Source of the DNA: Parcubacteria group bacterium
Lineage (GTDB): Bacteria; Patescibacteriota; Minisyncoccia; Moranbacterales; UBA11712
Direction: 5' to 3'
Assembly (NCBI GenBank): GCA_041659065.1
Contig: JBAZYY010000001.1
Coordinates: 163,124-227,123 of the forward strand
Length of the DNA: 64,000 nucleotides
Each line of letters starts with the position of its first letter. The first letter of the stretch is position 1. A model generated the notes under the pieces. It worked only from the letters and a program-made list of their open reading frames with translations. It did no database searches and had not been told where the DNA came from. Positions 46,653-56,622 of the stretch are shown piece after piece. The position numbers and the translations under genes were made by a program.

Positions 46653-47465
46653 TTATAATAATCTTTTCTTGGCTATCACTTTCAACGCTTCATTAAATTC
46701 CTGAATAGCCTGGTCAATTAAAGGATCGAAATTCTTGTTTATGCCTTTATCCCGAACGATATTCCCCGCGTCAAGAAGAGAATCGTACGTACCCGCGTCC
46801 AACCATTCCCCTTTTATAATATTAACATTCAATTCTCCCATTTCAAGATATTTTTTGTTAATGTCGGTAATTTCTATTTCTCCTCGCTCTGAAGGATCCA
46901 TATTTTTGGCAATTTCAACCACCCGATTGTCATAAATATAGGCTCCGGTCACGCAAAAATTGCTTTTTGGCTTTTCCGGCTTTTCCTCGATTGAGATTGC
47001 TTTTCCCGATCCGTCAAATTCAACAATGCCAAATCGTTCCGGATCCGGCACTTCTTTGGCAAAAACGACTCCTCCCTGCTTGAAATTTTTAATAAACCGA
47101 GAGAGATCGTCTTCGAAAATATTGTCACCCAGAATCATCGTCACGTTATCCTCTCCAATAAAAGATTCTCCCAGAACAAATGCGTCCGCAAGCCCGCGCG
47201 GAACCTTCTGCACTTCAAAATAAAGATGCACCCCGTGATTCTTAAAAATTGACCCCAAGAGATTCAAAAACTGTCCGGAATGATCCGGAGCCACAATGAT
47301 CAGGATTTCTCTCACCCCCGCCTTTATGAGGACATTGAGCGGATAGAATACCATCTGCCGATCATAAACAGGGAGAAGCTGTTTGCTGGTCGTAGCAGTG
47401 AGAGGAAACAGCCTGGTCGCTGTGCCGCCCGCCAAAATTATGCCTTTCATATTAATATTTTCCAT
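46653..47465 (-). CDS. rfbA: glucose-1-phosphate thymidylyltransferase-like sugar nucleotidyltransferase
   Basis: MKGIILAGGTATRLFPLTATTSKQLLPVYDRQMVFYPL matches the RmlA N-terminus. Confidence 0.72.
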   Translation of the reverse strand: MENINMKGIILAGGTATRLFPLTATTSKQLLPVYDRQMVFYPLNVLIKAGVREILIIVAPDHSGQFLNLLGSIFKNHGVHLYFEVQKVPRGLADAFVLGESFIGEDNVTMILGDNIFEDDLSRFIKNFKQGGVVFAKEVPDPERFGIVEFDGSGKAISIEEKPEKPKSNFCVTGAYIYDNRVVEIAKNMDPSERGEIEITDINKKYLEMGELNVNIIKGEWLDAGTYDSLLDAGNIVRDKGINKNFDPLIDQAIQEFNEALKVIAKKRLL

Positions 47466-47474
47466 ATATAAAAT

Positions 47475-48344
47475 TTAATTATTTATTCCCATAATTTTCA
47501 TGTAGTCGACGAGAGCGTCCTGATAATTTCTCAGGGGTTTCAACTTTGAGTTGATAAGCACTGAAGACTTTGGCCGTTTGGCAGGCCGCGGAAATTCCGA
47601 AGACGGGACAGGAACGGTCTCAATATCGATTTTAGCCAATTTAAAAAGAAAATCAGCCGCTTCGAACCACGTACAAGCCCCTTCGTTAATCACGTGATAT
47701 ATCCCGTACGGAATTTTCTCTTCAATTATTTTTTTCGTTTCAAGCGCGAGATCGGGAGTGTAAGTAAAGCAGCTTTTTTCTTCGTCTACTATTTTCAAGA
47801 CTGAATTGTCTTTTGAAAGCTCAATCATGGAATCAAAGAAACTTCTCTTAGCCATCGCGGAACTGCCCGGAGATCCAAAAAGCTTTGATGACCGAATCAA
47901 ATAGTAGCTGTCGGTATTTTTTGCGACTTCTTCCTCCCCCAGCAGCTTCGAGCGACCATAGTTGCTGATCGGATTAGGCTTCTCATTTTCGTTATATTCG
48001 CCCTTATCTCCGTCAAAAACATAGTCAGTGCTGTAATGGATGATGGGAATGTTTTTTTCCTTGCCGATTTTTGCCAGAATCCCCGGGCCGTACCCATTGA
48101 TTTTTTTGGCCAATTCATATTCAATTTCGTCCGTCTCGCACCGGTCCACGGCGTTATAAGCGCTGGCATTGATCACAGCGTTGGGCTTGTCTTGATCAAT
48201 GATTTTTCTTAAACTTTCTTCCGAAGTTATATCAACCGATTCGCGGTCGTACCCAAAAACTTCCCAGTTCATGTCATTTTCAAAGACTTTGACGAGATCC
48301 TGTCCTAGCATTCCTTTTGATCCGATTATAATTAGCTTTTTCAT
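47475..48344 (-). CDS. rfbD: dTDP-4-dehydrorhamnose reductase
   Basis: MKKLIIIGSKGMLGQDL is a Rossmann N-terminus, and the C-terminal domain is RmlD-like. It overlaps the next gene by 4 nt (ATGA). Confidence 0.7.
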   Translation of the reverse strand: MKKLIIIGSKGMLGQDLVKVFENDMNWEVFGYDRESVDITSEESLRKIIDQDKPNAVINASAYNAVDRCETDEIEYELAKKINGYGPGILAKIGKEKNIPIIHYSTDYVFDGDKGEYNENEKPNPISNYGRSKLLGEEEVAKNTDSYYLIRSSKLFGSPGSSAMAKRSFFDSMIELSKDNSVLKIVDEEKSCFTYTPDLALETKKIIEEKIPYGIYHVINEGACTWFEAADFLFKLAKIDIETVPVPSSEFPRPAKRPKSSVLINSKLKPLRNYQDALVDYMKIMGINN

Positions 48345-49072
48345 GAGATTTGGCTTAATATTTTTTCGATGTATTTCTTCGCTTTTAGTTGGTCACGGAA
48401 CGAGTTCTCAAGTTCAATGGCAATATAGTTTGAAAACCACTTTTTGGGGAATTTTCTGAGATAATTCAAATCGGAAACATTCCTCATCTCATGGCTATCA
48501 AACCGATACGACCTATCAGCTTTATCAAGTCTTTTTCGACGGGAGAAAGCGGACACGTGACAGCATTTTATGGAATAATTCTTAATTAACTCCAGTTTTT
48601 TTGGATAATAAACGGGATACTCCAGCTCCTCCGCCGCCAAATGTGAAAAATCCGCGCATAGTCCTGGAATTTTATATTTTTTAAAATATTTTTCGCTGAA
48701 ATATTTTCTTCTGGCCGGAGCGTAATGCGTTTCAACAAAAATTTTGGCTTGATATCTGGAATTTTTAATGAAATTATACGCGTGCAGATCCGCGTGCATG
48801 TTAAAACATTTCGCGCCCCATCTCGTGGCCAGATAATCTATTTCGTCATCAGTAAAATCGTGCCGCAAATGAACAAAGGGTATGGCTTTCAGTTTTGTTC
48901 TCTCAATCAGTTGGTAAAGAATTTTTCGGCTATTAATATCCAGAAATGTCGGGAATAAAGAAATCTCTCTGAGTCCAAGCTCATCTATCTCTTTCGCTTT
49001 TCGCTTCCAATTTGAGCCGGGAGTGGTGGTAAGCGCCGGCAATATTTTCCTCTTTTCACTTCTGCGAGCCAT
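48341..49072 (-). CDS. hypothetical protein embedded in the rml operon (start uncertain: ORF track gives 49174; internal Met at 49105 or 49072 is more likely given the rfbB overlap)
   Basis: Long ORF, basic. No family recognised. Confidence 0.45.
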   Translation of the reverse strand: MARRSEKRKILPALTTTPGSNWKRKAKEIDELGLREISLFPTFLDINSRKILYQLIERTKLKAIPFVHLRHDFTDDEIDYLATRWGAKCFNMHADLHAYNFIKNSRYQAKIFVETHYAPARRKYFSEKYFKKYKIPGLCADFSHLAAEELEYPVYYPKKLELIKNYSIKCCHVSAFSRRKRLDKADRSYRFDSHEMRNVSDLNYLRKFPKKWFSNYIAIELENSFRDQLKAKKYIEKILSQIS

Positions 49073-50105
49073 ACTGTTTTTCGTAGTACTTGAGATATTC
49101 GCCATTTTTAATTTTGCGCCACCACTCCTGATTATTTTTATACCATTCGACAGTTTTTTGCATGCCGGATTCAAAACTTTCCAGTGGCTCCCAGCCCAGT
49201 TCGCTTTTTACCTTGGAAAAATCAATCGCGTAGCGTCGATCATGGCCGGGCCTGTCCTTCACAAATTCAATAAGATCATCACTGAGCCCCATGAGTTCAA
49301 GAATTTTTTTAGCAACATCCAGGTTTGCAATCTGGCAATCTCCTCCCACGCAATAAGTCTCCCCAATTTTGCCGTTATGAATAATCAGATCAATCGCCCG
49401 GCAGTGATCATCGACGTAAAGCCAATCCCTGATCTGCATGCCGTCTCCGTAAATCGGGACTTTTTTGTCTTCCAGTAGATTTGTAATAAACAGTCCGTGC
49501 AACTTTTCCGGAAATTGGAAGGGACCATAGTTATTCGAGCAATTTGAAATTGTCACCGGAAGCCCGTGAGTATGGAAGTAAGCCATCACCAAGTGGTCGG
49601 AAGCGGCTTTTGAAGCGCTATAGGGACTTCTGGGAGCATAAGCGGTGTTTTCATTGAAGAGCGGGTCGTTCGGCCCCAGATGGCCGTAAACTTCATCAGT
49701 CGAGATATGGTGAAATCGCTTGAGCCCGTTTGATTTTGCCGCCTCAAGCAGGTTGTGTGTACCCAGAACATTAGTATGGATAAAACTCGCGCTATCAAGT
49801 ATCGAACGATCGACATGAGACTCCGCCGCGAAGTTAACCACCACATCAGCTTCCCGCACCAGACGATCGACAAGTTCTTTGCCTGCTATATCACCCTTAA
49901 CGAATTTATAGTTCGGATTATTTTCAACCTCTTTCAGATTCTCAAGATTCCCCGCGTAGGTCAAAAGGTCAAGATTTACAATCTTATAATCCGGATATTT
50001 TTTGAGAATATGGCGGATGAAATTGCTTCCAATAAATCCCGCTCCGCCGGTAACGAGAAGTGAGAGTTGGGATTTGAGAGTTGGGATTTGAGAGTTATTT
50101 TTCAT
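49056..50105 (-). CDS. rfbB: dTDP-glucose 4,6-dehydratase
   Basis: LVTGGAGFIGSNFIRHIL and YxxxK short-chain dehydrogenase motifs are present. Confidence 0.85.
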   Translation of the reverse strand: MKNNSQIPTLKSQLSLLVTGGAGFIGSNFIRHILKKYPDYKIVNLDLLTYAGNLENLKEVENNPNYKFVKGDIAGKELVDRLVREADVVVNFAAESHVDRSILDSASFIHTNVLGTHNLLEAAKSNGLKRFHHISTDEVYGHLGPNDPLFNENTAYAPRSPYSASKAASDHLVMAYFHTHGLPVTISNCSNNYGPFQFPEKLHGLFITNLLEDKKVPIYGDGMQIRDWLYVDDHCRAIDLIIHNGKIGETYCVGGDCQIANLDVAKKILELMGLSDDLIEFVKDRPGHDRRYAIDFSKVKSELGWEPLESFESGMQKTVEWYKNNQEWWRKIKNGEYLKYYEKQYGSQK

Positions 50106-50448
50106 TGAATTTAATTAACCCGCTTAACATTTTTGAAATTTCTTCGCTTAGTCTATACAATTCGTCGTATTCCGTCTTTGAAATATAATTTTGCATCAAG
50201 GATAAATCCAGCAAACTCACAACTTCATAAACAGATCCTTTTGCAATGTTAAATAAGTTCCTGCTTTCTCTGCTGCCACTTCTTCCGCAAGCTTCGGCTA
50301 TATTGGCAATAACAGAAATAGCCGCTCTTATCATTTGGCTAACTAGTGAGAACTTGAGATTATCCGGAAACTTATTGGTTATTCTAAAAATTTCTTTGTT
50401 AAAAATCAGGGCTTTTTTATAGACTTCCAGTTTTTCAAATTTATACAT
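50095..50448 (-). CDS. four-helix-bundle protein (23S rRNA intervening-sequence protein family)
   Basis: KLEVYKKALIFNKEIFRITNKFPDNLKFSLVSQMIRAAISVIANIAEACGR matches this family. The gene is inserted between rfbB and rfbC. Confidence 0.65.
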   Translation of the reverse strand: MYKFEKLEVYKKALIFNKEIFRITNKFPDNLKFSLVSQMIRAAISVIANIAEACGRSGSRESRNLFNIAKGSVYEVVSLLDLSLMQNYISKTEYDELYRLSEEISKMLSGLIKFNEK

Positions 50449-50503
50449 ATCTCTATCTCAAATCTCTATCACATTTATCTTTTCTCTGTCACGACTCCCT
50501 ATC

Positions 50504-51094
50504 TCATATCTCAAATGGGTTTCTGCTTTTAAAATCTTTGAAAGATTGCAGTCCCGCGTCTTTCTCTGAAAGAATGGGAGTCCTCATCGGCCATGCAATA
50601 TCCAAATCCGGATCATTCCAAATAATTCCGCTGTCGTATTCCTTGGAATAATAATTATCCACCTTATAAATTATTTCCGTGTTATCTTCAAGAGCCATGA
50701 AGCCGTGCGCGAATCCGCGCGGCACGAAGAGCATATGGAAATTCGAAGCAGACAGCCCAAAGTTTTCCGACTTGAGATAGGTCGGTGAATCTTTGCGCAG
50801 GTCAACAACTACGTCATAAATCGAACCTCGAATTACCCGAATCAATTTTGCTTGTTCGAATGGAGGCAGCTGAAAATGAAGCCCGCGCAAAGTTCCTTTT
50901 TTTGCGGAATATGAATGATTATCCTGAATAAAATCTGCTTTAATGTCTTTTTCTTCCAGAACTTTCTTGGAATACGACTCTAAAAAAAATCCCCTCTCGT
51001 CTTGAAAAACTTGAGGTTTTATTAGATATGCACCCTTTAGTGAAGTCTCGATTATTTCCATAATTCGGTTTTTATATAATAACTCGCGCGGCAA
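50504..51094 (-). CDS. rfbC: dTDP-4-dehydrorhamnose 3,5-epimerase
   Basis: RGLHFQ..P..QAKLIRVIRGSIYDVVVDLRKDSPTY...FVPRGFAHGF matches the RmlC cupin. Confidence 0.85.
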   Translation of the reverse strand: MPRELLYKNRIMEIIETSLKGAYLIKPQVFQDERGFFLESYSKKVLEEKDIKADFIQDNHSYSAKKGTLRGLHFQLPPFEQAKLIRVIRGSIYDVVVDLRKDSPTYLKSENFGLSASNFHMLFVPRGFAHGFMALEDNTEIIYKVDNYYSKEYDSGIIWNDPDLDIAWPMRTPILSEKDAGLQSFKDFKSRNPFEI

Positions 51095-51196
51095 AAAAAA
51101 TCAAAAAACTTGTCCACAAAAAAAGAGAGGCACCCTAATCGCTTCCGGAATTAATCCGAATTTTAGTGATAGAGTGCCAATTGAAGCCGCCTAAGC

Positions 51197-51469
51197 TTAA
51201 AGACGGCTAAGGCCGGTGTGTTTGGCAGCGGCGTGATCTTCGAAAGGCGGGGCGTAGAACCGCAGTGAAAGGCCCATGACCTTGGCGGCGGCTCGCACAG
51301 CTTCGTGCGCAGGAACACCGTCAGTAATCACGCAGCACTGCCACGTTAAAAGAGCTGCCTCAACTGCCTCATCCCGCCGCTCGTCTCCCGGCCGCCGCAG
51401 ACAATCCCGCCTCTCTGCCATCTTTTCTAAAATTTTATACAGCGTCCTTCCAGTCTTAGTCGTTCTCAT
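51197..51469 (-). CDS. hypothetical 90-aa protein in a strongly GC-rich island
   Basis: ORF with GAGGTGG upstream of the ATG. GC is far above the local background. No family recognised. Confidence 0.35.
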   Translation of the reverse strand: MRTTKTGRTLYKILEKMAERRDCLRRPGDERRDEAVEAALLTWQCCVITDGVPAHEAVRAAAKVMGLSLRFYAPPFEDHAAAKHTGLSRL

Positions 51470-51723
51470 TTGCCACCTCTGAATTTAGTTGATGTTTATA
51501 ATTTTTATAAAAAAAGCGCCAATACTAAGCGCTATTCCCCTTTGCCAAAGAACTTTCCCTCCCCAATCTTGAATCCGCTCGTAGTTTCAGATTCACTCAA
51601 GGGTAAGAAAATTCTTTTGATTCTATTTTAAATAATTTTTGATTTTTCGTAAACCATCTTCTCTCTATCTCTATCTCAACTCCCTATCTCATATCTCAAA
51701 TCTCTATCTCAGCTCTCACATCC

Positions 51724-52614
51724 CTAAAGCTCTCCTCGCATAAGGCGGTTCAGCCGATCCTTGACCTCGTCATCGGTCGGTTCATGAAAATTTTCCTGAT
51801 TATTCTCAACTTTTTCCGTTATATCCTCAGCTATAGGCAGATTCTCCGGCGCCCCGCCTCTTGCTGCCTGAGTCGCGGGTTTCACAATTTCCTCATATCT
51901 TCTCTCCGTTTCAGGAGTATAAGGCATTTCCGGCCTGATCATTGGCATCTCTTCGAGTATCTCAGCCTCTTCTTCGTGAGCAAATGAGGGCGATTTAATT
52001 CTTTCTTTCGTCGGCTCGATTGTTTCTTCCGGCTCGATTTCTTGAGCAGCGCCGGCGATCCCGAACAGAATCCAGTAAAGCGTGAACAAGACTAGCCCGG
52101 CTAAAAATCCAATTCCCGCGTACAGCGCGACATTCGGTTCGGTCGGACGGGCCGAAACTTCAGGATCACCAATCAAAAGATATTTGAAGGGCTGTCCGCC
52201 GTAAAGGTCTCGCGTGTAACTCGCGACATCATTGGGAAGCTCGACGATTTTATTCTCGATATTTTGAATATCCGCCTGATTACTGCGGAAAACAATCTTG
52301 ACGGTTGAAGAATTTTTAACGGCTTCAGCTGAATGGAAATTCGCCGCGAGATTTCCCAAAATATTTTTCTGAAAACTCTGTCCTTTGACTATTTCCGCCG
52401 TATTAGCCGACTCCAAAAATAAATTAGCCGCCGCGGTCGGAGAAGTTATGGCCGGGACTATCACGATTTTGCCTGTCACATCCCATTTTTTCGTAAGAAA
52501 CATCGAGTACGCAAAACCAACCAGCGCCAGAATTGCGCCTGCCAGAATTGCTTGCGATATGAAATTTTTTAGCGTATTGGACTCATTCATATATTTTTTG
52601 TAGGTGTCCGACAC
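51724..52614 (-). CDS. Wzz-like polysaccharide chain-length determinant / two-TM envelope protein (tentative)
   Basis: N-terminal and C-terminal TM helices flank a ~170-aa extracytoplasmic loop. An acidic Pro/Glu-rich C-terminal tail follows. Confidence 0.35.
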   Translation of the reverse strand: MSDTYKKYMNESNTLKNFISQAILAGAILALVGFAYSMFLTKKWDVTGKIVIVPAITSPTAAANLFLESANTAEIVKGQSFQKNILGNLAANFHSAEAVKNSSTVKIVFRSNQADIQNIENKIVELPNDVASYTRDLYGGQPFKYLLIGDPEVSARPTEPNVALYAGIGFLAGLVLFTLYWILFGIAGAAQEIEPEETIEPTKERIKSPSFAHEEEAEILEEMPMIRPEMPYTPETERRYEEIVKPATQAARGGAPENLPIAEDITEKVENNQENFHEPTDDEVKDRLNRLMRGEL

Positions 52615-52629
52615 CTACAAACGGCTGAA

Positions 52630-53592
52630 TTATTTTACCAGATCCGCCTTAACAATCAACCTTCTGAAATTAGTACCCAGCGGCCAACAAGTTGAGAGGG
52701 TTAGGGTCGGTTCGGCCGTATCTGAAAATATAAGCGGATCATCTGGAGCAACAATTTTTTTGAGGCTGTTTACTTTATAGTGGTAAGTTAGCACTCTTCC
52801 ATTTTGCTGGATCGTTTTCACGTCCACCATGTCGCCTTCCACGAGATTATTTAAGTTTTTGAAAATATAATTATAATCGCCCTTGACCCAGATATAGTTG
52901 CTACTGTGGCCGGAAATAACCATATTGCCTGTTTGGCCGGGCGTGGCTGATTTCGGGTAATGATTAACTCCGCTTTTAAGGTCTTCGAGCATACTGTTTT
53001 CATCCTCGCTTGTTGACCAGACCATTGGCACGGCCACATCGATTTTTTTGATCGTAATTTCCACGCTCGGTTTCGCTTCCCCTGGCGAATCCGGATCAAA
53101 ACCGTTATTTATTTCTTGTCGATCGCTGAATCCATCTCCGTCTGTATCGGCATTTTTTGGATTTGTCCCGTGAGCGTATTCCAGAAAATTCGGCAATTTA
53201 TCAGCGTCCGGGTCATCATCAAATTTTCCGTCAGCGCTGGTGAGTCCAAACGCCGTTGCCCACTCTCCATAGTTTAGATCCGCGACATCCGTCGAGCCAA
53301 TTTTTTCTTTGAGATCGCCGCCCAAAACTTTTCCGGAAAAAGAGGCGTCTGAAAGTGAGTCTGTTTTCTCGGCGGGCTTTATTTCCATATTCACGAGATA
53401 GAATAATGCCGCGAATACCACGAGAAATATAAAGACCGCTAGGAACAGGGATTTCCAGCTTTTCTGAAGGCCATTTTTCAATATGCGCCAAACCAGAGCG
53501 AGAGGATAATATATCGGCAAAGTTCTTTTGGGTTTATCCTCGCTCTGATTTTGGCTATGAAACACCGCTTGGAAAAGTTTAATCATTTCCAT
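52630..53592 (-). CDS. sortase (class with TLxTC active site) carrying a TSP3-like calcium-binding repeat segment
   Basis: N-terminal TM. DTDGDGFSDRQEINNGFDPDSP is an Asp-rich repeat. The catalytic region is GNMVISGHSS...LTLSTCWP. Confidence 0.75.
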   Translation of the reverse strand: MEMIKLFQAVFHSQNQSEDKPKRTLPIYYPLALVWRILKNGLQKSWKSLFLAVFIFLVVFAALFYLVNMEIKPAEKTDSLSDASFSGKVLGGDLKEKIGSTDVADLNYGEWATAFGLTSADGKFDDDPDADKLPNFLEYAHGTNPKNADTDGDGFSDRQEINNGFDPDSPGEAKPSVEITIKKIDVAVPMVWSTSEDENSMLEDLKSGVNHYPKSATPGQTGNMVISGHSSNYIWVKGDYNYIFKNLNNLVEGDMVDVKTIQQNGRVLTYHYKVNSLKKIVAPDDPLIFSDTAEPTLTLSTCWPLGTNFRRLIVKADLVK

Positions 53593-53626
53593 TTCGTAAT
53601 TTCAAAAGTAAAGTTGGCGATTTCGA

Positions 53627-54436
53627 TTATTTAGAGAATATGTTGCGAAAAGATTTTTTGGATCCAACCGCGGCGAGACCGGAAACAGCCATAATACCAG
53701 CTAAAGCCATAGAACCTGAACCGGTAGCCGGCAAAGTCTTAGCTTCGACATAGACGACTTTTCCGTCATTGTCTTTGTAATAGCGTTTATGATTGCTGTC
53801 ATAGTGATAGTTGTGATTATTGTCTTTGTCACAATCGCTCTTGCAATCATGGTTGTCGTTGTGATCGCTATCAGCATCTGCATCTGCAGAGCTGGAAGCG
53901 TGCGAGCCATCCGCATCGGCATCAGCAGAAGCATGCGCATCTTTTCCGGCTGAAGCGGCAGCGGCTGAACTAGCAGCGGCAGAACCAGCCGACGCAGCAG
54001 CGCCAGAACCAGCGGCAGCAGACGCGTCTTTTCCAGCTGAAGCAGCAGCGGCAGCGGCGCTGGAAGCAGAGCTTGAAGTCGAAGAATTATTAACTACTTT
54101 GGCTTCGTTTGAATCCGACTTTTGAGATACAGTCGTCGAATTCTTAGCAGCGGCGGCAGCAGCTGAACTAGCAGCGGCGGCAGCAGACGCACCTTCTCCT
54201 GATTTCTTCCCAGAATTTACAGCGGCGGCAGCCGAGCTTGAAGACGAACTGGAAGAGCTTGAACTGTTGTTCACGCTGATGTTCGTCGAATTCACGTTCT
54301 TGTTGACGTTCGTGTTGCTGTTGTTGTTAATGTTTACGTTCTTGTTTGTGTCAGCCATTGTCTTAGCCGCACCCAAAAGCAGGGCTAACGCCAGGACAAT
54401 CGCTACTCTCATCGAGATTTTGCTTCTCTTTGACAT
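53627..54436 (-). CDS. LPXTG-anchored low-complexity (Ser/Ala/Asn-rich) surface protein, a sortase substrate
   Basis: A signal peptide and long S/A/N-rich runs precede the C-terminal sorting signal: LPATGSG, a hydrophobic stretch, then KKSFRNIFSK. Confidence 0.7.
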   Translation of the reverse strand: MSKRSKISMRVAIVLALALLLGAAKTMADTNKNVNINNNSNTNVNKNVNSTNISVNNSSSSSSSSSSSAAAAVNSGKKSGEGASAAAAASSAAAAAAKNSTTVSQKSDSNEAKVVNNSSTSSSASSAAAAAASAGKDASAAAGSGAAASAGSAAASSAAAASAGKDAHASADADADGSHASSSADADADSDHNDNHDCKSDCDKDNNHNYHYDSNHKRYYKDNDGKVVYVEAKTLPATGSGSMALAGIMAVSGLAAVGSKKSFRNIFSK

Positions 54437-54832
54437 AGTTTTTTGCTTAGATAATTAAATTAATGGCTTATATAATTAACAAAATAGAATAGCAGGGTGG
54501 CTATTTTTTGTCAATAGCCTGACCCACTAATAATTATGGCTTATATAAAGCATAATTAGAATATTCTCATATACTTAAAACCAAAAATAATAGTTTTTAC
54601 TAAATTATATTATGCAAATACTACCATCCTACCAAGCGTGGTAGTAATTGCATTAAATGCTCTAACTAAGGATTTTTGCTGACTTAAAGGTATATTTAAG
54701 CCTTTGTAGGGATTTTAAGTAAAAGAAAAACCTCATAGTCTCGCTCTATATCCATCCTCCGTTTTCGGATTAGGTTATCGATTGAAACTATGAGGCTTAG
54801 TTGAGGTCAGCGGCCTCACCCGGAATCCGGGG

Positions 54833-55519
54833 TTATTTCTCCACAACTTTTGCCTTGGAACCCGACTTTGACTTCGAGTTGGCAATACTCGTGGTATCCA
54901 CGTCCACGTTAGTTTTGGTAACCTGGACGGGCTTACTGATGAGCTTGTTCCTGTTCTTGTTGATATTGGTGTTGTCGGAGTTGCCGCTGCCTTCGACACC
55001 GGAGACACCGGAGATAGTGGTCTGATCTGGCCGTAGGGCAGCAAATGCGGCTTTGAGAAAATATCCGCCGATAGCCGCTACCCCAACATCCGAAACCATC
55101 TTGACAATGGCCGCCAAAATCTTGGGGCCTGGGGCATCCAAGGGATACCCAAAGGAACTGAAGATGGTCACTACTTCTTCAAGAGCGCCCTTGTCCTTTA
55201 GCCAGATCATCATTTCATCCCACCCTTTTCTTACTTGAGTGATCTGGTCATCATTTGGGCACTTACCCGTTTGCTCGTACCAGGCGAGCTTAATCTTCTC
55301 TTTTGTCAGCCTTTCGCTGGCGACCATCTGAACCAGAGCTTGGAAGCCCTGGGTGGCTCCGCCGTACCAAGGCTCGCCGTAAATTTGGATGGAAGACACG
55401 ACCTTGGCTGTCGGAGACAAGATGACTGTTTCCGTATAGATACCTTTCGTCTCCCCATGAGACATAACAGGGGCAAACACCATCGCCAAAACTAGCGGCA
55501 ATACAATAAAATTCTTCAC
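54833..55519 (-). CDS. hypothetical secreted protein (228 aa)
   Basis: Signal peptide MKNFIVLPLVLAMVFAPVMSHG. No family recognised. Confidence 0.5.
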   Translation of the reverse strand: MKNFIVLPLVLAMVFAPVMSHGETKGIYTETVILSPTAKVVSSIQIYGEPWYGGATQGFQALVQMVASERLTKEKIKLAWYEQTGKCPNDDQITQVRKGWDEMMIWLKDKGALEEVVTIFSSFGYPLDAPGPKILAAIVKMVSDVGVAAIGGYFLKAAFAALRPDQTTISGVSGVEGSGNSDNTNINKNRNKLISKPVQVTKTNVDVDTTSIANSKSKSGSKAKVVEK

Positions 55520-56622
55520 GAGAAATTCTCCTTCTTCTCAATCAGTGTGGGTTTAAGTTCTTCGATACCCTCTGGGCACGAACCCATTGGGCCAAACACC
55601 GGCCTTAAAAACACCTGCCCAGACGCTGACTCTGCCCAAAACAACGTTTGTTGGATAGGCTTTTCTACTCGTTCAGACTGAGCAGTGTGCGGATTAATTC
55701 GCTCCAGACAGTGACCTAGATCGTTCCAATCCCCATCTGGCGTTTTCTGTGGCCATTGATAATAGCCACTTTGAACTTCTATATCACTGACCGTAGATTG
55801 CTCGGCAGTATTACCTGCTATATTTTTACCCGCGAACTTTTGGGGTGCTGACGCGGGATTCTTTACATCGGGGGTGACTGCTGGTAAATCATATTTCGAG
55901 TCCGAGCGGAAATTTTTGGGTGCTGACGCCACGGACTTCTGAATATCGGGGGTGACTGCTGATGAATCATATCGGGAGCCTTCAGGCCGAACTTTTGGGG
56001 TGTTGACGGCCAAAGGCTTCTGGGTCTTATTTGTCTCGGGGACGACTGCTGGGGTGAAGCTATGCGGCGCAATAGCCGCTATTTTCGAAGCAGGCTGACC
56101 CTGCTTTTGGGCGCCGATAACCGGCGCAACAGGGCTGCTGCTGAAAGAAGGCTTATTGATAACGTTCGAATCCGCAAACTTTTTGGATGATGACGCGGAC
56201 TGAACCTTCGGCGCATTCTTTTGCGCCTGGAAACCATTATGAAACGGGGGCGACTGCTGGTCATTCGTAGAGGTTAAACCTCTATTGACAGGAGTTTCAA
56301 CTTTTTTCGCCGTCGCAATTGGCACAGGCGCGGTAGCCATAGTGGGCTGAAAATTAAAGCCCGCCTTAGCCTTAAGGTTGCGAGAACGAGAAGAGTACTT
56401 CGATTTCGCCACGAACTTTTCCATCCGTTCGCGGTTAAAAACCGTCACTCTCTTCCCATTTTCTTTCCAGCTTGCCCAGATGAGGCCATCCTCACTGGAG
56501 TATTCGGCGATGTGATCCACACCGCCGATCTGGAAATTATACAACTTGGCCTCGGCCAATCCCGCGCTTGCTAAAAATATAGCGACGGCGGCCAGTGCCA
56601 GAAAACCTAGCAGCCTTTTCAT
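55516..56622 (-). CDS. hypothetical secreted protein with internal ~19-aa tandem repeats
   Basis: Signal peptide. The DNA carries tandem ~57-bp repeats at ~55840-56010, encoding S(K/R)YD(L/S)(P/S)AVTPD(V/I)...ASAP(Q/K)(K/N)F. Confidence 0.5.
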   Translation of the reverse strand: MKRLLGFLALAAVAIFLASAGLAEAKLYNFQIGGVDHIAEYSSEDGLIWASWKENGKRVTVFNRERMEKFVAKSKYSSRSRNLKAKAGFNFQPTMATAPVPIATAKKVETPVNRGLTSTNDQQSPPFHNGFQAQKNAPKVQSASSSKKFADSNVINKPSFSSSPVAPVIGAQKQGQPASKIAAIAPHSFTPAVVPETNKTQKPLAVNTPKVRPEGSRYDSSAVTPDIQKSVASAPKNFRSDSKYDLPAVTPDVKNPASAPQKFAGKNIAGNTAEQSTVSDIEVQSGYYQWPQKTPDGDWNDLGHCLERINPHTAQSERVEKPIQQTLFWAESASGQVFLRPVFGPMGSCPEGIEELKPTLIEKKENFS

